Assembly: GCA_965202585.1 (NCBI GenBank)
Contig: OZ241827.1
Coordinates: 21,266,001-21,330,000 of the forward strand
Length of the DNA: 64,000 nucleotides
Direction: 5' to 3'
Source of the DNA: Thalia democratica
Lineage: Eukaryota
Shown here piece by piece: positions 43,457 to 56,100 of the stretch. Position 1 is the first letter of the stretch, and each line of letters begins with the position of its first letter. The notes under the pieces are model-generated. The model saw nothing but the letters and a program-made list of their open reading frames with translations. It was not told the DNA's origin and did not search any database. A program made the position numbers and the translations under genes.

Positions 43457-44560
43457 TACTATAACAAACTTTTTAACTTAATAAAAGAACTATCTACAAT
43501 TTAAAATAGCATGTAGCAGTTAAAATAAACAGTGCTTTAAAACACAGTATCAAAACGGATATACTTTGTTATTGCAACTCAGTCTTGCAAAATTGTTACA
43601 ACATTAACAAAACAATCAAAGAAATGATGATACAAATTTCACACAAAGGCTATTTTCCGCGGCTTTCCATTTGAAGGCAAGTTTGAACAACAATTAAAGA
43701 GCTGGTGTCGTGTTTACTGAAACGAAATAACATGTTTGCTCATTTCCAAGTAAACAAAAGCTTTTGACAGTGTTCGCCTGATAACTTAAAAGCATTTTTA
43801 CAATAATTGAATTTGTTCTCATCACGCCCTGCGTCAAGTGCTTTTGTCGCCGAAAAATATCAACTTTAACCTGAAGACGGTTTTCTTGATACGATGCATG
43901 GCATGTGTTAAAAGTTTGAAGTTTAACAAACCCGCAAGTGGAGTTTCGGTTTGAAGTGTGTTTTGAGCGAGTCAAAGAGGTTTACGTTGCATACTTTTTT
44001 TTAAATAAACTGTTTCATAATGTTGCTTAAAACTAAATCTAAGTACAGAGACTAAGGTAAAATGGAAAAAATTAATAAGTAAACAATTTAGACTAATAAA
44101 GTTAGTCTTTTTTGTAAACATATTTTACATTTATAGTTTGCTTATACTCAAAACTATTTTATTTTAATAAGTAAAGCTAAATTAAACTTATGATCTGCAT
44201 ATTTTTTAGGTCAATTTATAAAAGTTGTTATAAGAAGACTTAATAAATAAAAAATAGTTCTACTACAATTTTTTAAATTTTATAAAACTACGCAAAGTGT
44301 ATAATTAGTTTTAGTAGAAATATATTTCTTAATCTGTGAGAAAAGTTTCCAAAATCTGACTCAATAACTCTAAATGTAAACTGTTTTGTGTTTTTAGTAG
44401 ATCGTTTGCCTCGTTTAGGTTTATTTAGGTAATCTCTGCTGTGCAAACATGATGTTATGTTAAACAAACAAGAAACATAGTAACTGTTAATTTTTTTTTA
44501 TATTTTAAGTTCTACATAACTATAACAAAACATTTTTGCTTATAATTAGCATGGTCATTA

Positions 44561-44801
44561 TAGGAGTCATCGTGTTAAGTGGTTCAATGTAGCAGATGCT
44601 TCACCTAAAGAAACAATAAAAAACTTATTATACTATTATGAAACTGTTAAGACTATTAAAAAAAACTTTTGCTTACAAGTAATTTATTGTAATTGTAGTA
44701 ATTTTATCGTACAAAGTTTTTTTTTTTAAACATCGAAATAATGAACTTTTTAAATTCCTGTAAGTTTTCCTCACCTCTAACAAAACCACGCGTCGCCATC
44801 G
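44561..44801. mobile_element. Diverged second copy of the 49970-50202 MITE family
   Basis: Right end CACCTCTAACAAAACCACGCGTCGCCATCG parallels CACCCCCTAACAAAAATACAACGCGTCACCACTG. Internal GATGCTTCACCTAAAG parallels GATGATTCAACTAAAA. Similar length. Confidence 0.5.
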
Positions 44802-47228
44802 GTCACGACTGAACATAGCTCTAGTTTTTATATCATCAGCTCTAATTTTAATTTATCAACCATGGAAGATTTGAGGCTAAATATATACTTTTTAATTTTT
44901 GTAGTTTTCTCAGCAAGACTTGAAAACATAGCAACGAGTAATCAATCTTACTTAAACAAGTTTTTGTAATTAGCATAGTACAATTAAGTAACCAAAAGCC
45001 GTAGCTTTAAATTAGTAATTTTTTTCTTATATTATTTTTTTTTAGTTTTTCTAAGTGTTTATTTAAAACAATTATTTGAAAACTGATTATAAATAAAAAT
45101 TTTTTTTTTAATTAACTATTGAACAAGAATGTCGTTTTGTACTTAATAAAGCATAACATTAAGTATATTACGTAAACTTTTTACCTTCATAGTGATTTTA
45201 CAAATTCCCAAATTTTTTTACATTTTTTTATAATTGTTTTCGAAAGTTTATAAAATTATTGTACATTTATAAAACTTTTTATTTTTGTTTCACCACGAAC
45301 ATAACGATATTTTGAACGTTTAATTACAGTTTGTGGAATAAATAATTTTAAACAAAATATAGACCAAGATTGTTGATTTTGGGTTGATTTTATAAGTTAT
45401 AAAAATGTTCTTTGAAATATTAAAGTCTTAAAAAAAATTATTAATTAAAAATATAGAGATAATGTTGTATTTAAATAATCGTTTTACATTAGAATTTTCT
45501 TCTAAAGAAGTTTCAAGATGCTTTGCTATATAGTTTATAATAACTATTTTCGTGGCTTTTTATAAATTACAATTCTTATTTGCTAATAATTTATGTAGAT
45601 ACTACAAGTAAAACTGGTACAAACTTTGAGAATTATAAAACAAACTAATTAAGTTTAGTTTATTATCTTAAAATTTACCTCTACTTAGAGTATTAAACAT
45701 AACACATTACATGGCATTTATTGTACGGATTGATTATTTTTCCATTTTTATGATAAAAGTAATATCATTAGTTAAAATTGATTAAAAATTTTTCAACTTC
45801 TACTGTATCTCATACCTTGTGGTCTGGGAAATTTTTAAAACGAATTTAAAACATTTTTACTTATAAATACTTAAACACTAAATGCTAGATATTTTAAACA
45901 AGATTAATCGACTGCTTTGACCATATGTTTTAGATGAATACAAGTCTGTTTAGTTTCAAACTCGGTGCAGTTATAATTATTAAACAACTCATACTTGTAA
46001 CGACTTAATTGCAGTCTGTCGTCAACTTCAACTGATCCATTAACGCTTTTTGAATACAACCGATGTGTGAGTAAATTCCTTTATATGCAAAGCTCTAGTT
46101 TTGTTTATTCTAATTTTAACAAAAATCTTGATTTTAATTATCTTAAGCTTAGTTTAATTAATAAAAATGGTTTGTTTTTAACATAAAATAATTTTGAATG
46201 TATTTATATTTAAAAAACTTTTTCTTGGTGTTTATGCACTATAAAAGTTTTACAAAACTCTGTAATCTAAAACATACACATTGGAAAACTAGCCTAAGTT
46301 TATAAATTTAGAATTACAATATTTTACAAGCTAAAAATTAGAAATTTTAAACTAAAAGATCATTACAAACTCAGAAATAAAACAAAATCTTTTTTATTTA
46401 GAAGTGGTGTATATCTAGTAAAATTTTACATAAAACTAAATATACGGAGAAACTTTCAGACCATAGTCGAAATAAACAAAAGTTTTCAAGATTACGTAGT
46501 TTATTTAGAACACCCAACAAGAATTAAATTTCTGGCCAAGTTTCAAAAAATGTTTGTTTGCTAACAATCATAATCCCCTTAAATAAGCGCTTTAGCCGGT
46601 TCTTCAGAACCTCTCAGTATTTACTGGTAAAAATTCAAGACTTGTCAGTTAAAATAACTTTTATTGATTTTAGATTATTTTACTTACTTTAATACACAAT
46701 AGTGCTTTTTATGTTTATAAAAATAAAATAATTACAAACAAATATCTACAATAAAGAAAAAATTCTAATAACTTTAAGTTTTGATTGCTATTAAGTTGAT
46801 TATAATATATCTAAATTATAAATAAAAAACAGTAAAGATGACTACTATGCATTGTAGTTATAACTTTTAAAGCTTACTTTGAGTTTTATACAAAAATATA
46901 TTTATCTAACAATAAACTATCCTTGAAAACAGTCTTTAATCTAAAAAGAATCTGTAGTTCACAGTGTTGAAAGTTTCTAGGTGGAGTAAATTTTAAGATA
47001 GTTTATTAAATCTTTAAACTTTTTTCATTTACTTTTAAAGCTGAATTATTGTTAAATAAAAAAGAAAAAAAAAAACGGTTGTTCACGTAACTAATAATAC
47101 AACAGTTTAATAATACAACATTAAAATATTAGTGTTGTGTTGACAAAAACTAACAAAATGCTGTAAATTTTAATAAAGCAATTGTTCTTTGTAAAGTATT
47201 GAGAACTCTTTATTTTTTTTGTCCAAAG

Positions 47229-47300
47229 CAATGGTCTTCACGGTTTGCAGTGCACCTATGCACACCAGAGTGCACGAAACTCATCAAGGGGTGCACAAAA
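47229..47300. mobile_element. Probable hAT left-end remnant
   Basis: CAATGGTCTTCA start followed by repeated GTGCAC / GGGGTGCAC motifs, as seen in hAT-type MITE ends. No matching right TIR or TSD confirmed. Confidence 0.3.
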
Positions 47301-49969
47301 TTTGTTTCCGTTTAAAATAAATTTCTTTTAGACGTAACTATATCTGATATAGACTTTCATTTGATCATTAGCTTATTCAGATAAGAAAAAAAAAAGCGTA
47401 ATCTATTATTATTAGTAAAAGGTAGATCATGAAAATGATTGTAAATTCAAGACCTTAAAGGGGACTTTAAATATAATTTTACTCTAACTATAAACACAAT
47501 CTTTAAAAATAGTTTACACTGAGACTACTATAAACTTAATTTCATAGTTAATCTAAACTCAGCTAAATTAAAGGTCAGTAAAATAAGTCTAAATTTTAAA
47601 AGAATCTTTAATTTGAGTTTAAGCGTATTTAAAAAACAAAAGTTTCAGGGTTTTTACATATACTTGTTTAAAAAACTAATTTTATAATTTTGACATAAAA
47701 CTGTTATTAAAAAAATATTGAGTTTTATATTTATACGGCTAATTTGTTGTTTTAACTTTGAAAAAAATCATAACTTTTTTTAATGGATGAAAAACATCAG
47801 ACTAACTCCACAACGATAAACGTCTTTGAAGGCCAAGCAAGCAAGTTGTCATCACCTGTAATTCTACCAGCAAACTTTTTTCTTAACATAAATGAATGTT
47901 TAACTGATAGCTTATATGGTTTTGTATTAGTAGGTTTAGTTTATAATTTTCATTTTGTATATAAGATGCGATATAAAAAATAACTTAATCAGAGTTAAAA
48001 ATAGTTTTGATAGAAAAATTAAACTTCATATAAAGTAAAAATAAACAAACGAAATCTTTAAATCATATTTATTTTATTATTGTCACTTTAATTATATTCA
48101 AAATAGGATGAAAATAACCTTGGTCAAAGTCAATATTCTAAAAAATAAAAAAGTTAAAACTTTATTTAAAGTAAAAATGAACGAACAAAATCTCCAAAAA
48201 ATGTTTTTTAGTTTTAATGTTCGTTAAGGTTTTTTAAATTGTTTTCGTAAGTAATGATCCATTACAAAAAAATTACAGTACATACTTAAAAAAAAGTATT
48301 GTAAACACTTTATTTTCATGAAGTGCAATAGTTACGTCAACATTTCAAGTGATACATGACTAAAAAGAAAATAGAAAACCTTGAATTAATATTTTAACAA
48401 TTATTCTAACAAACTCGGCTGACAGTGTTGAGAATAAACTACATCATTAAAACTAATCTTAAGATTAAACTACTTTGTTTATTGTACTGTTTTTGTGTTT
48501 ATTTATATTTTGGATCGGTTTTGCAGAATATTTTTTACTCAAAAGATTCCGCAACATATTGTTAGGAGTCTTTTAAAAAATTGGAAATGTTTACTTTTGT
48601 CTTATTAAGCTTTTTAAGCTGCTAGTTCTTGGTAGGTATTATACCTACTTTAAGCTTCTTAAACGGTTTCAAAATTAATAAAAGTTTTTATCATAAAAAT
48701 ATTACTGAAATATCATTTTTTTAAATTAATGAATTAAATGATTAAATAAATTAAATAAGTAAATTATTAGTGCTTTTGTAATTAGTTTTATATATTGATT
48801 TTATAAATTTGGGAAAGAAACAAAATTATACTTATTTACAACTTTAGAAATTTCAAACTAAAACTTTGTCGAGGTATTAATTTAATTTTAGAAGTGAATT
48901 TCGATATTTTTTTAAATTAGAAATGATATATCAATCCTAAAAAAATTTCAGATGAAATTATTTTATGTTTGCAATAAAAACACGGTTGAAGTGTAATAGT
49001 AAGTTGTTTTGTTAAACGATGTTCCTCTTTAGTGATATTTATTAATTTTACTTATTGTATAAACACGTTAACACAAATACCAAACATTAAATCAGTGTTT
49101 AGTAATACTCTAATTTGTTTATATAATTATCTCTAAATATTAAGTTAAGTTTCTATCAAATAGTTACAAAACAAGTGGACAGTACTTTTCAAAACTAACA
49201 CTAAACATTAACTAATCCTTTGAACAAATATAATAGTTTAAAAAATAGAATACTAAAAGATATTAAAATTATATTGTTTAAACTTATAAATCATTGTACT
49301 TAATGTGCATACAATAAACAAATACTATTAATAACGTCGTTCGCGTAATTAAATTTGTTGATATAATTTGATTTAAGTTATGCATAACTGATCAGGAATT
49401 ACGAAATTATGTTAAGCTTATATGCAAACAATACAGATTAAAACTGATGAGAAACAAAAAACACTTGAATTTCAAAATCTATTTTCTAAATGTTTTTAAA
49501 TTGAAGCATAGTCTATTTATTTTATGTATATTGCTTTCAAGAAAAAAACCTAAAAACTATATTAATATGTAAATTAACTTTGCGTTAAAAACTTTAGCTT
49601 ATTTAAACAAAAATTTGTAAATAAGAAATTTTATACAAGCCTTTTTTAACAAAATGAAGTAATGTTTATTCTAGTTTGATATGAAGGTTTTACGTAGATT
49701 TGATTATAAGATTTTAAAATATGATAATTTATTTTTGAAGATTTGATAGTTGCATTTTTCATAAACTACTTAAGTAACAAGTGAAAAACTAAAATAAATT
49801 AAATTAAAGTTATGTTTTAAATGCTTCAGATTGAAAGTTTAAACTTTCCGTGACTTAGATATAAATCGAACTATAGTCAAACACTATATTTATTTTATAC
49901 TTTAAAAATAAAATACGGAATCGCTCAACCTAATAGTTTGTTTCAGCAGATATTATACTAGGTGACTAT

Positions 49970-50202
49970 TAGGGGAGACGCGTAGGGTGAAGCATCTGAG
50001 CGGATGATTCAACTAAAAAGTGTTACAACTTATAAAACTATCTAAACTACTATTTTATTAAAAAGTTTTGTTTACAAACTTTTTGTTGTAATAGTAGCGT
50101 TTTTATATTACTAGCCTAAACTTTAAAAATATCAGTATGATATTTTTTTAATTCTTGTAATTTTTTTGCACCCCCTAACAAAAATACAACGCGTCACCAC
50201 TG
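49970..50202. mobile_element. hAT-type MITE, 233 bp, degenerate TIRs and TSD
   Basis: Left TAGGGGAGACGCGT vs reverse-complemented right CAGTGGTGACGCGT (11/14). Flanks GTGACTAT / GTAACCAC (5/8, all differences transitions). Confidence 0.65.
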
Positions 50203-50462
50203 GTAACCACTAATGCGTATAATTAAATATCAAAGCTTAAACTTTGTGCTGAAATTTAAATCCTTAAAAAAATCAACAAATTATATTTTGTAAAACTTCT
50301 TTTCATATAATGCTCTGAAGTAAAGCACGAAAACAGATTACTTTGGCTACAAGAGTTCAACTGTTTTGATATTTTTATAAACTTTTACCTGGAAAAGTTA
50401 GTCATATCTTAGTTATTGTGCATTTGTCAAACTTTAACACTTAACTGTTAGATGTTTTATGT

Positions 50463-50510
50463 CAGGTATCAGCAAACTGCGGCCTGCGAAGGTAAATGTG
50501 CGTCCTGCTA
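50463..50510. mobile_element. Truncated end of a related hAT/Charlie-like element
   Basis: CAGGTATCAGCAAACTGCGGC matches the reverse complement of the right end of 50817-51166 at 17 of 21 positions. No partner end or TSD found. Confidence 0.55.
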
Positions 50511-50816
50511 GCATTGGAATCTAACTAAAGCAGAAACTTTTAAAACTTACATTAGACATTCTGTGGTTTTAAACTTTAGACATAATTGTCGGAAGATAAG
50601 AAAGTTTCTTTAGATAACCTTTTAAAGTCAAGATCTTTTTAAGTTTTCACAATTTATTCTGGAGTTTTCAGTGAAGATTAAAAAAAAAGTAGTCATCTTG
50701 TAGCTAAAACTAAAACCGCGATGACTTTTATTTTAAAAGTTTTGACCCGGAACATTAAAAACCTGCTATTGTGAATTCGTACAACAACGAGCAAATATGT
50801 GTTTATAGCACTAGAT

Positions 50817-51166
50817 CAGGGATCGGCAGCCTTTTGTAACTGGCGGGAAAATTATTTTTTAAAAATTTGCTTGCGGGCCCCACTATTAAGAAAAAAATGT
50901 TCGAAAGCCGCAGTTATTTAAAAAAAATTGTTGTATTTAGTAGAAAAATAATATTTGAGCAAATATTGTATGATAAAATAAGCAAAATTAAGGCATTAGT
51001 AATCAGTATTTATTGAATTAAGAGCCTGAAATTAAGTTGTTTTTATTAAACCTCTTTTTTCTTAGTTTTAAAAATAGTATGTTTTTAGTTAAAATTTCCT
51101 CGCGGGCCGCAGATTTTGATTTTGAGGGCCGCATTTGGCCAGCGAGCCGCAGTTTGCCTACCCCTG
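50817..51166. mobile_element. hAT (Charlie-like) MITE, 350 bp, with perfect 8-bp target-site duplication
   Basis: Begins CAGGGATCGGCAGCC and ends GTTTGCCTACCCCTG (imperfect TIRs). CACTAGAT flanks both sides (50809-50816 and 51167-51174). GC-rich GCGGGCCGC-type subterminal motifs; no ORF. Confidence 0.88.
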
Positions 51167-52939
51167 CACTAGATGATAATTGTATATATTTTCAGTTTAA
51201 ACGGTAATTAAAACTTTTTTATGTGTATTTGTTTCGTATATAAGTTTACAGGTTTTAACATAGATTATAGTGAAGATTTCTACAGCAAAAGTACGAAATA
51301 AAAATTAAAGGCACATTTTTACCGACAGTATTGATTGCAATTACCTCTAAAATATCGTTTATCTACTTTACTTAAATAAACATAAATTATTAGTAGCAAC
51401 AAAGTAATACTATTACTACTGAAAAAAAATGTTTACCTCAGCATAATTCATAAACATGTGTGTATATATGTATACATATAAATTTGAACTTGTAAACTTG
51501 TTGAAACTTATGAAAACTTTAGTAAAAACATACAGTGAAAAGCAAGGTCAAAAGAAAAAGATGTCAGATAAAATAAATCATTTGTCAGTGTGTAATGTAA
51601 ACTATGCAGTGTTCAGTACTATTGTGAAAACCGCTAATGAAATTCCAAAGCCTTTATTATGGAAGCTTAAGTACACATTGTGTTAAAAAAGGTCAAAGTT
51701 TTCTTCGTAGTGTATGTTTATTTTCTTATCTGGAATTTTGAAGGGAAGACGGGAAAGCACTTTTGTTATAACTGTTTAGAAGAGAAATGCAGAAAATAAA
51801 TTAAAGAAAGAATACTTGAAGAAACTTACTCACTTTTATCATTGAAAATTAAGAACACTAAACTATACAAAACTATAAATAATTAACAACCATAATTTAC
51901 AGTTTATTAAAGTAATATAACGCTTAATTTCACTCTAAAGATCAAAAAGTAAGCACTTTTTATATACTTTGTTAGTTGCTAACAAAAAGTGGTATGACAG
52001 TTTAAGAAATATGTTACACTATATAAATAAATATAAATTAAATGTTTGCAATTCCCTTTTTTGTTTTGCAATCAATTTTTAATAAAATAGTTAAAAGATA
52101 CAATACTAATACTTACAATAAACTATTTAGTCTTTACATGATTCTAAGTTGTTAAAATTAAACATTGTACATGGTTTAAAAAAAGTAAATTATTTCAGCA
52201 ACACATTAGCACAAAATTTCGAATTAATAAATATTTTTTTTAAGCTGTTAAAACAGTTTTTTTAATTTCCACTTAGATTGTCTATATTCTTTCGGAAATG
52301 ATACTTTTGCAAAACAATAAAGTATATTCCAGGTTGTGAATAACCCATAACTTACTCATGGCTGACAAAAATACAGTAGACTAAAAACCTTTTTTTTTTG
52401 TTAGTTAGTGTTGTGTATTCTTCATAACGATTTAAATTCTTAGCGTGTAAACATTTGGCCGAATATTTACATCGCTTGATGTGGTCGTACCGTTGTTCGC
52501 AAAGTAATTTTAATGCCGTAATTAGATTTATTAACGATGCTGAAGTGGTTATTCCTCTTCAATTAAACTTCCAATGCTAACAAATTGTGCATACTAAACA
52601 AAATTAACAACCTCAAAGATCGTATCGTTTGCACACCAAACGTAAAGTTCTGAATAAAACAAAATGGTATGTTTTGTGTTAAACAAATGAAATGAGGTTC
52701 AGAAAACCTTGAAAGTTGTACTTCTCGAAAACATGTTCAAACTAAAGTTCAAATAAAACAAACTCAAATAAAAGTTCCTCAGCTTGAAAAAAGTGCTATG
52801 CATTCTTATGACAACGCTTAGAAACTATGATGTAAGAACTCGCACACTGAAGTATTGAATAAATTTGATACATTATGTAAATAAGTTAAGTTTACAAATA
52901 TAAAGTTACAAATTGTGTATTTGATGAATCACATCAAAA

Positions 52940-53120
52940 CGTTTATTTTCAGTTTTGTCTCTTTTTATCTGTAAAAACCGCTCACAATAAATAATGTTCG
53001 GCTTAAAAACGGTGCCGACTATTACGTCATAATCACAATTTTACCTCCTTTGAGGTTCGAATAAACAATGTCGTGTACCGTCACACCTAATTTGACATGC
53101 TTCGATGCACATTTACTTCC
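52940..53120 (+). repeat. AT-decayed copy of the 12690-12879 repeat
   Basis: TTACGTCATAATCACAA...CCTCC.TTGAGG.TCGAATAAACAA.GTCG...CCGTCAC shared with 12777-12839. Confidence 0.75.
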
Positions 53121-56100
53121 CATGAAAGTTTAATATGTCTAATTTATGATAACAACTTACAGGTTCTGTTTCCTACAAGTCTCACACTTTTCGAAAGAAG
53201 ACTTAAACCCTATGATTTGAATAAAAGATCTCAAATGTATTATTTGAATTTTTCTTAAACTACCTTTGACTAAAGATGTTTAACTTTTTATTCCGGTCGT
53301 TTGATTTAAAATCTAAATAGTTTATCAACATATGGGTTTTCTAATTGACTTTTAAAACTTTACGTTTCAAAATTAAATTAGCTTTTCCGTCTAGGTTTTT
53401 CTGCAGATTTAGTTTAAACTAAAGTTAGTTTGTAACTAGCTTTAACAACTTGCGTTAATTATAAGTTTACCGAAAAATATGTAAAAGTACAGTAATGTTT
53501 TTATACAAAACAAAGAAATACCAATTGATCATAGTTTTAGATTACACTCGGACAAAGTTGCCATAACTCTTGTTATTTTTTTGCTTTTATGTTTTTTCAT
53601 TTTCATACTTTAAAACTTTCTAGCTAACTTTTGTAACTTAGCAATCTGGTCTTTCAACTAAGCCAAATAAATGCTTTAACAATTAGTTTATTTGACCAAT
53701 TTTTAACTTAAAAAAGTTGTATACTAAGTTATTATGTATTTTTAAAAATTACAAATGTTCCTTTTAACAAAGCTGAAAGTACACTCTGACAACTTGAAAT
53801 TTATAATAATTTAATTACTTTATATAACAAGTTACAATATTTGTTTACATTATACTTGATTATGTATTTATTAATTCTTTATTTCATTGTCAACGTGTTA
53901 ATGGAACGAAACTTATTTCTTTTGTACAGAATACTTTCGATTTAACTTAATATTACAAAATTCATTGTTACAAAAAGATGATTATCGCTATAATGTATTA
54001 TTTATTTGTTACAATAGTATCCAGCATGAAATAATATTAACGATATATAAAAAATAGTAAGGTTAATAACAACTACAATTTAGGCATTTTAAAAAAGACA
54101 AATAAAATTTTTTTGATATTGTAAACTGATCAAAAGTTTTAAAAATGAAGAACAAACTGATATTTAGAAATATAAAAAAGGTTGTTTATTTGTACACTTT
54201 TTTCCGTATTAAAATATTCTTATAAAGACTAGTGATATTGTAATCAGGAAAATAAAGTTTAGCTTTTATTGTTAATTTACTTACAATCGCATTAACTAGA
54301 TTTCATTCTAAATTGTGTTTCTTATATTGTTAATTTTTAATTGTATAATAATACTTGATTTACTAAGTTCTTAAGCTTCATTAAAAAAATGTCATTTTTT
54401 TATGGTTAGTTTATTGATTTATTAAAGTTTTTTGTTTTCAAATACCATACTCCGGAAGCAATTTCTAACCGAAATATTTGATTTGCGTTATGCATAGTAG
54501 TTTCCAAATGTTTTCAATAATAAGTTAAAATTTGCGATAAAACCACTGGATTAAAAAAAAAGTTATATTGTTAGCTATATGTTATAAAACAATATTTCAA
54601 TTTTTAACCAGACACATTAACAAAGCCAGATAACTTACAAAATATAGTTATTTCCACCAACTTTATCAAATCACACAGGTTGACGTATTGCTAACGAAAT
54701 TACAATAAATAGAAGTTACTGTAAGTTTTGCGTTGTTTTGAATGCAAACATAAAACTCTAATTTAGTGGATAATTTATTTTGAATACTAAACCATTAGAC
54801 TATTAATGTAAGATAAAGCGTTATGTAAAAAACACTTATAATGAAAAACATGTGAAGAATTAACTTAGTTTATAAAATGAAGTGTTTGTTTCAACAAAAT
54901 TTTACTGGTGGTAGCTTGAACACAGCTATCAACATTTTGAATAAACGCATTTCTTTTTTTTCTATAGTTTTTTTTTTAAGTGCTAAGTTTGTTGAGAATG
55001 ACTTAAGCTGTCAAAGAAAAATTCAATATACACTTAAAAAAAAACTTATATATTTCAAAAAAAGGGTTGATCATGCCAATTCGATCATCAGACCACAAGT
55101 TTCGGTAGACCGAGACCGGTTTCTGCAGACTTTCGCCGATTTTGTTGATTATATATTTCAATTAACATATCTATGTATATGAAGTTTATAGTGTAAAAAA
55201 ATATTATTTTTAAGCTTTTTTGAAGTTTTTATAAATTTTAACTAAATTAGTTTTAAATTAACTAGTTTAAGCTTGAAGTAAATTCGGCGTTTAACATTAT
55301 AAAGATTATCTAACATATGTTTTTTGTTTATAAAAAACATGAGCTTTTGTATGTTCATTGTTCATACTTCGATGTGGCATAAAAATATTATTCAACAAAA
55401 ACATTTCAATTGAATATCTGTCTAATATAAAGTAACAATGATACTGGTTCAGAACAGTTGTAAACACAAAATTTTGTTGAAATTTTGACATCCATTATCT
55501 ATCCATTCACTTGCAGGAAGTAAAACATTTAATTTTATGAAAATCGTCACTAAAATGCGCATTTCTCTGACGTATGTAAAAATGTTATGCAAAACAACCG
55601 GAATCACAAATGTTCGTTTAAATTAAGTTAGATAACCACTTTAAAATAATGACGACTTTGACTATCTAATAACAGACATCAGTGCCAAAAAATCTTAAAA
55701 TGTTGTTGAATTTTCTACATTGAAACATATTTTCATCTTAAACTATAAGTATTTTATATCGATTATATTAGTAAAACTAAAACAGATTTTATTATGTTAA
55801 AAAAATTTTAGATATTGAATAGCAAGTCTATTTATTATTTTCGTAATCAAATAAAAATTTAAAAATATTAGTAACAATTTTTGATTAGCTGACGAACTTT
55901 TATAATAAAACTTTACTGAATTAAATGTCTATCAGGTATAATAGAAGCTGTTAGTAATAATTAGATAGGCTAAATAAGAACCTTGATATAATGTATTCAA
56001 AGTAAAAAAAAAACTTTACTTATTTGAACAAACAATTGAATAGGAAGCCCTCTGGCAAAACTAAAGTTATACATGTTTAATTTATGCATGTTTGCTTTGT

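Noticed and set aside
53050-53070. tRNA gene suggested by GGTTCGAAT
   Set aside because: No cloverleaf or acceptor stem can be built. It is part of the dispersed repeat shared with 12777-12839.
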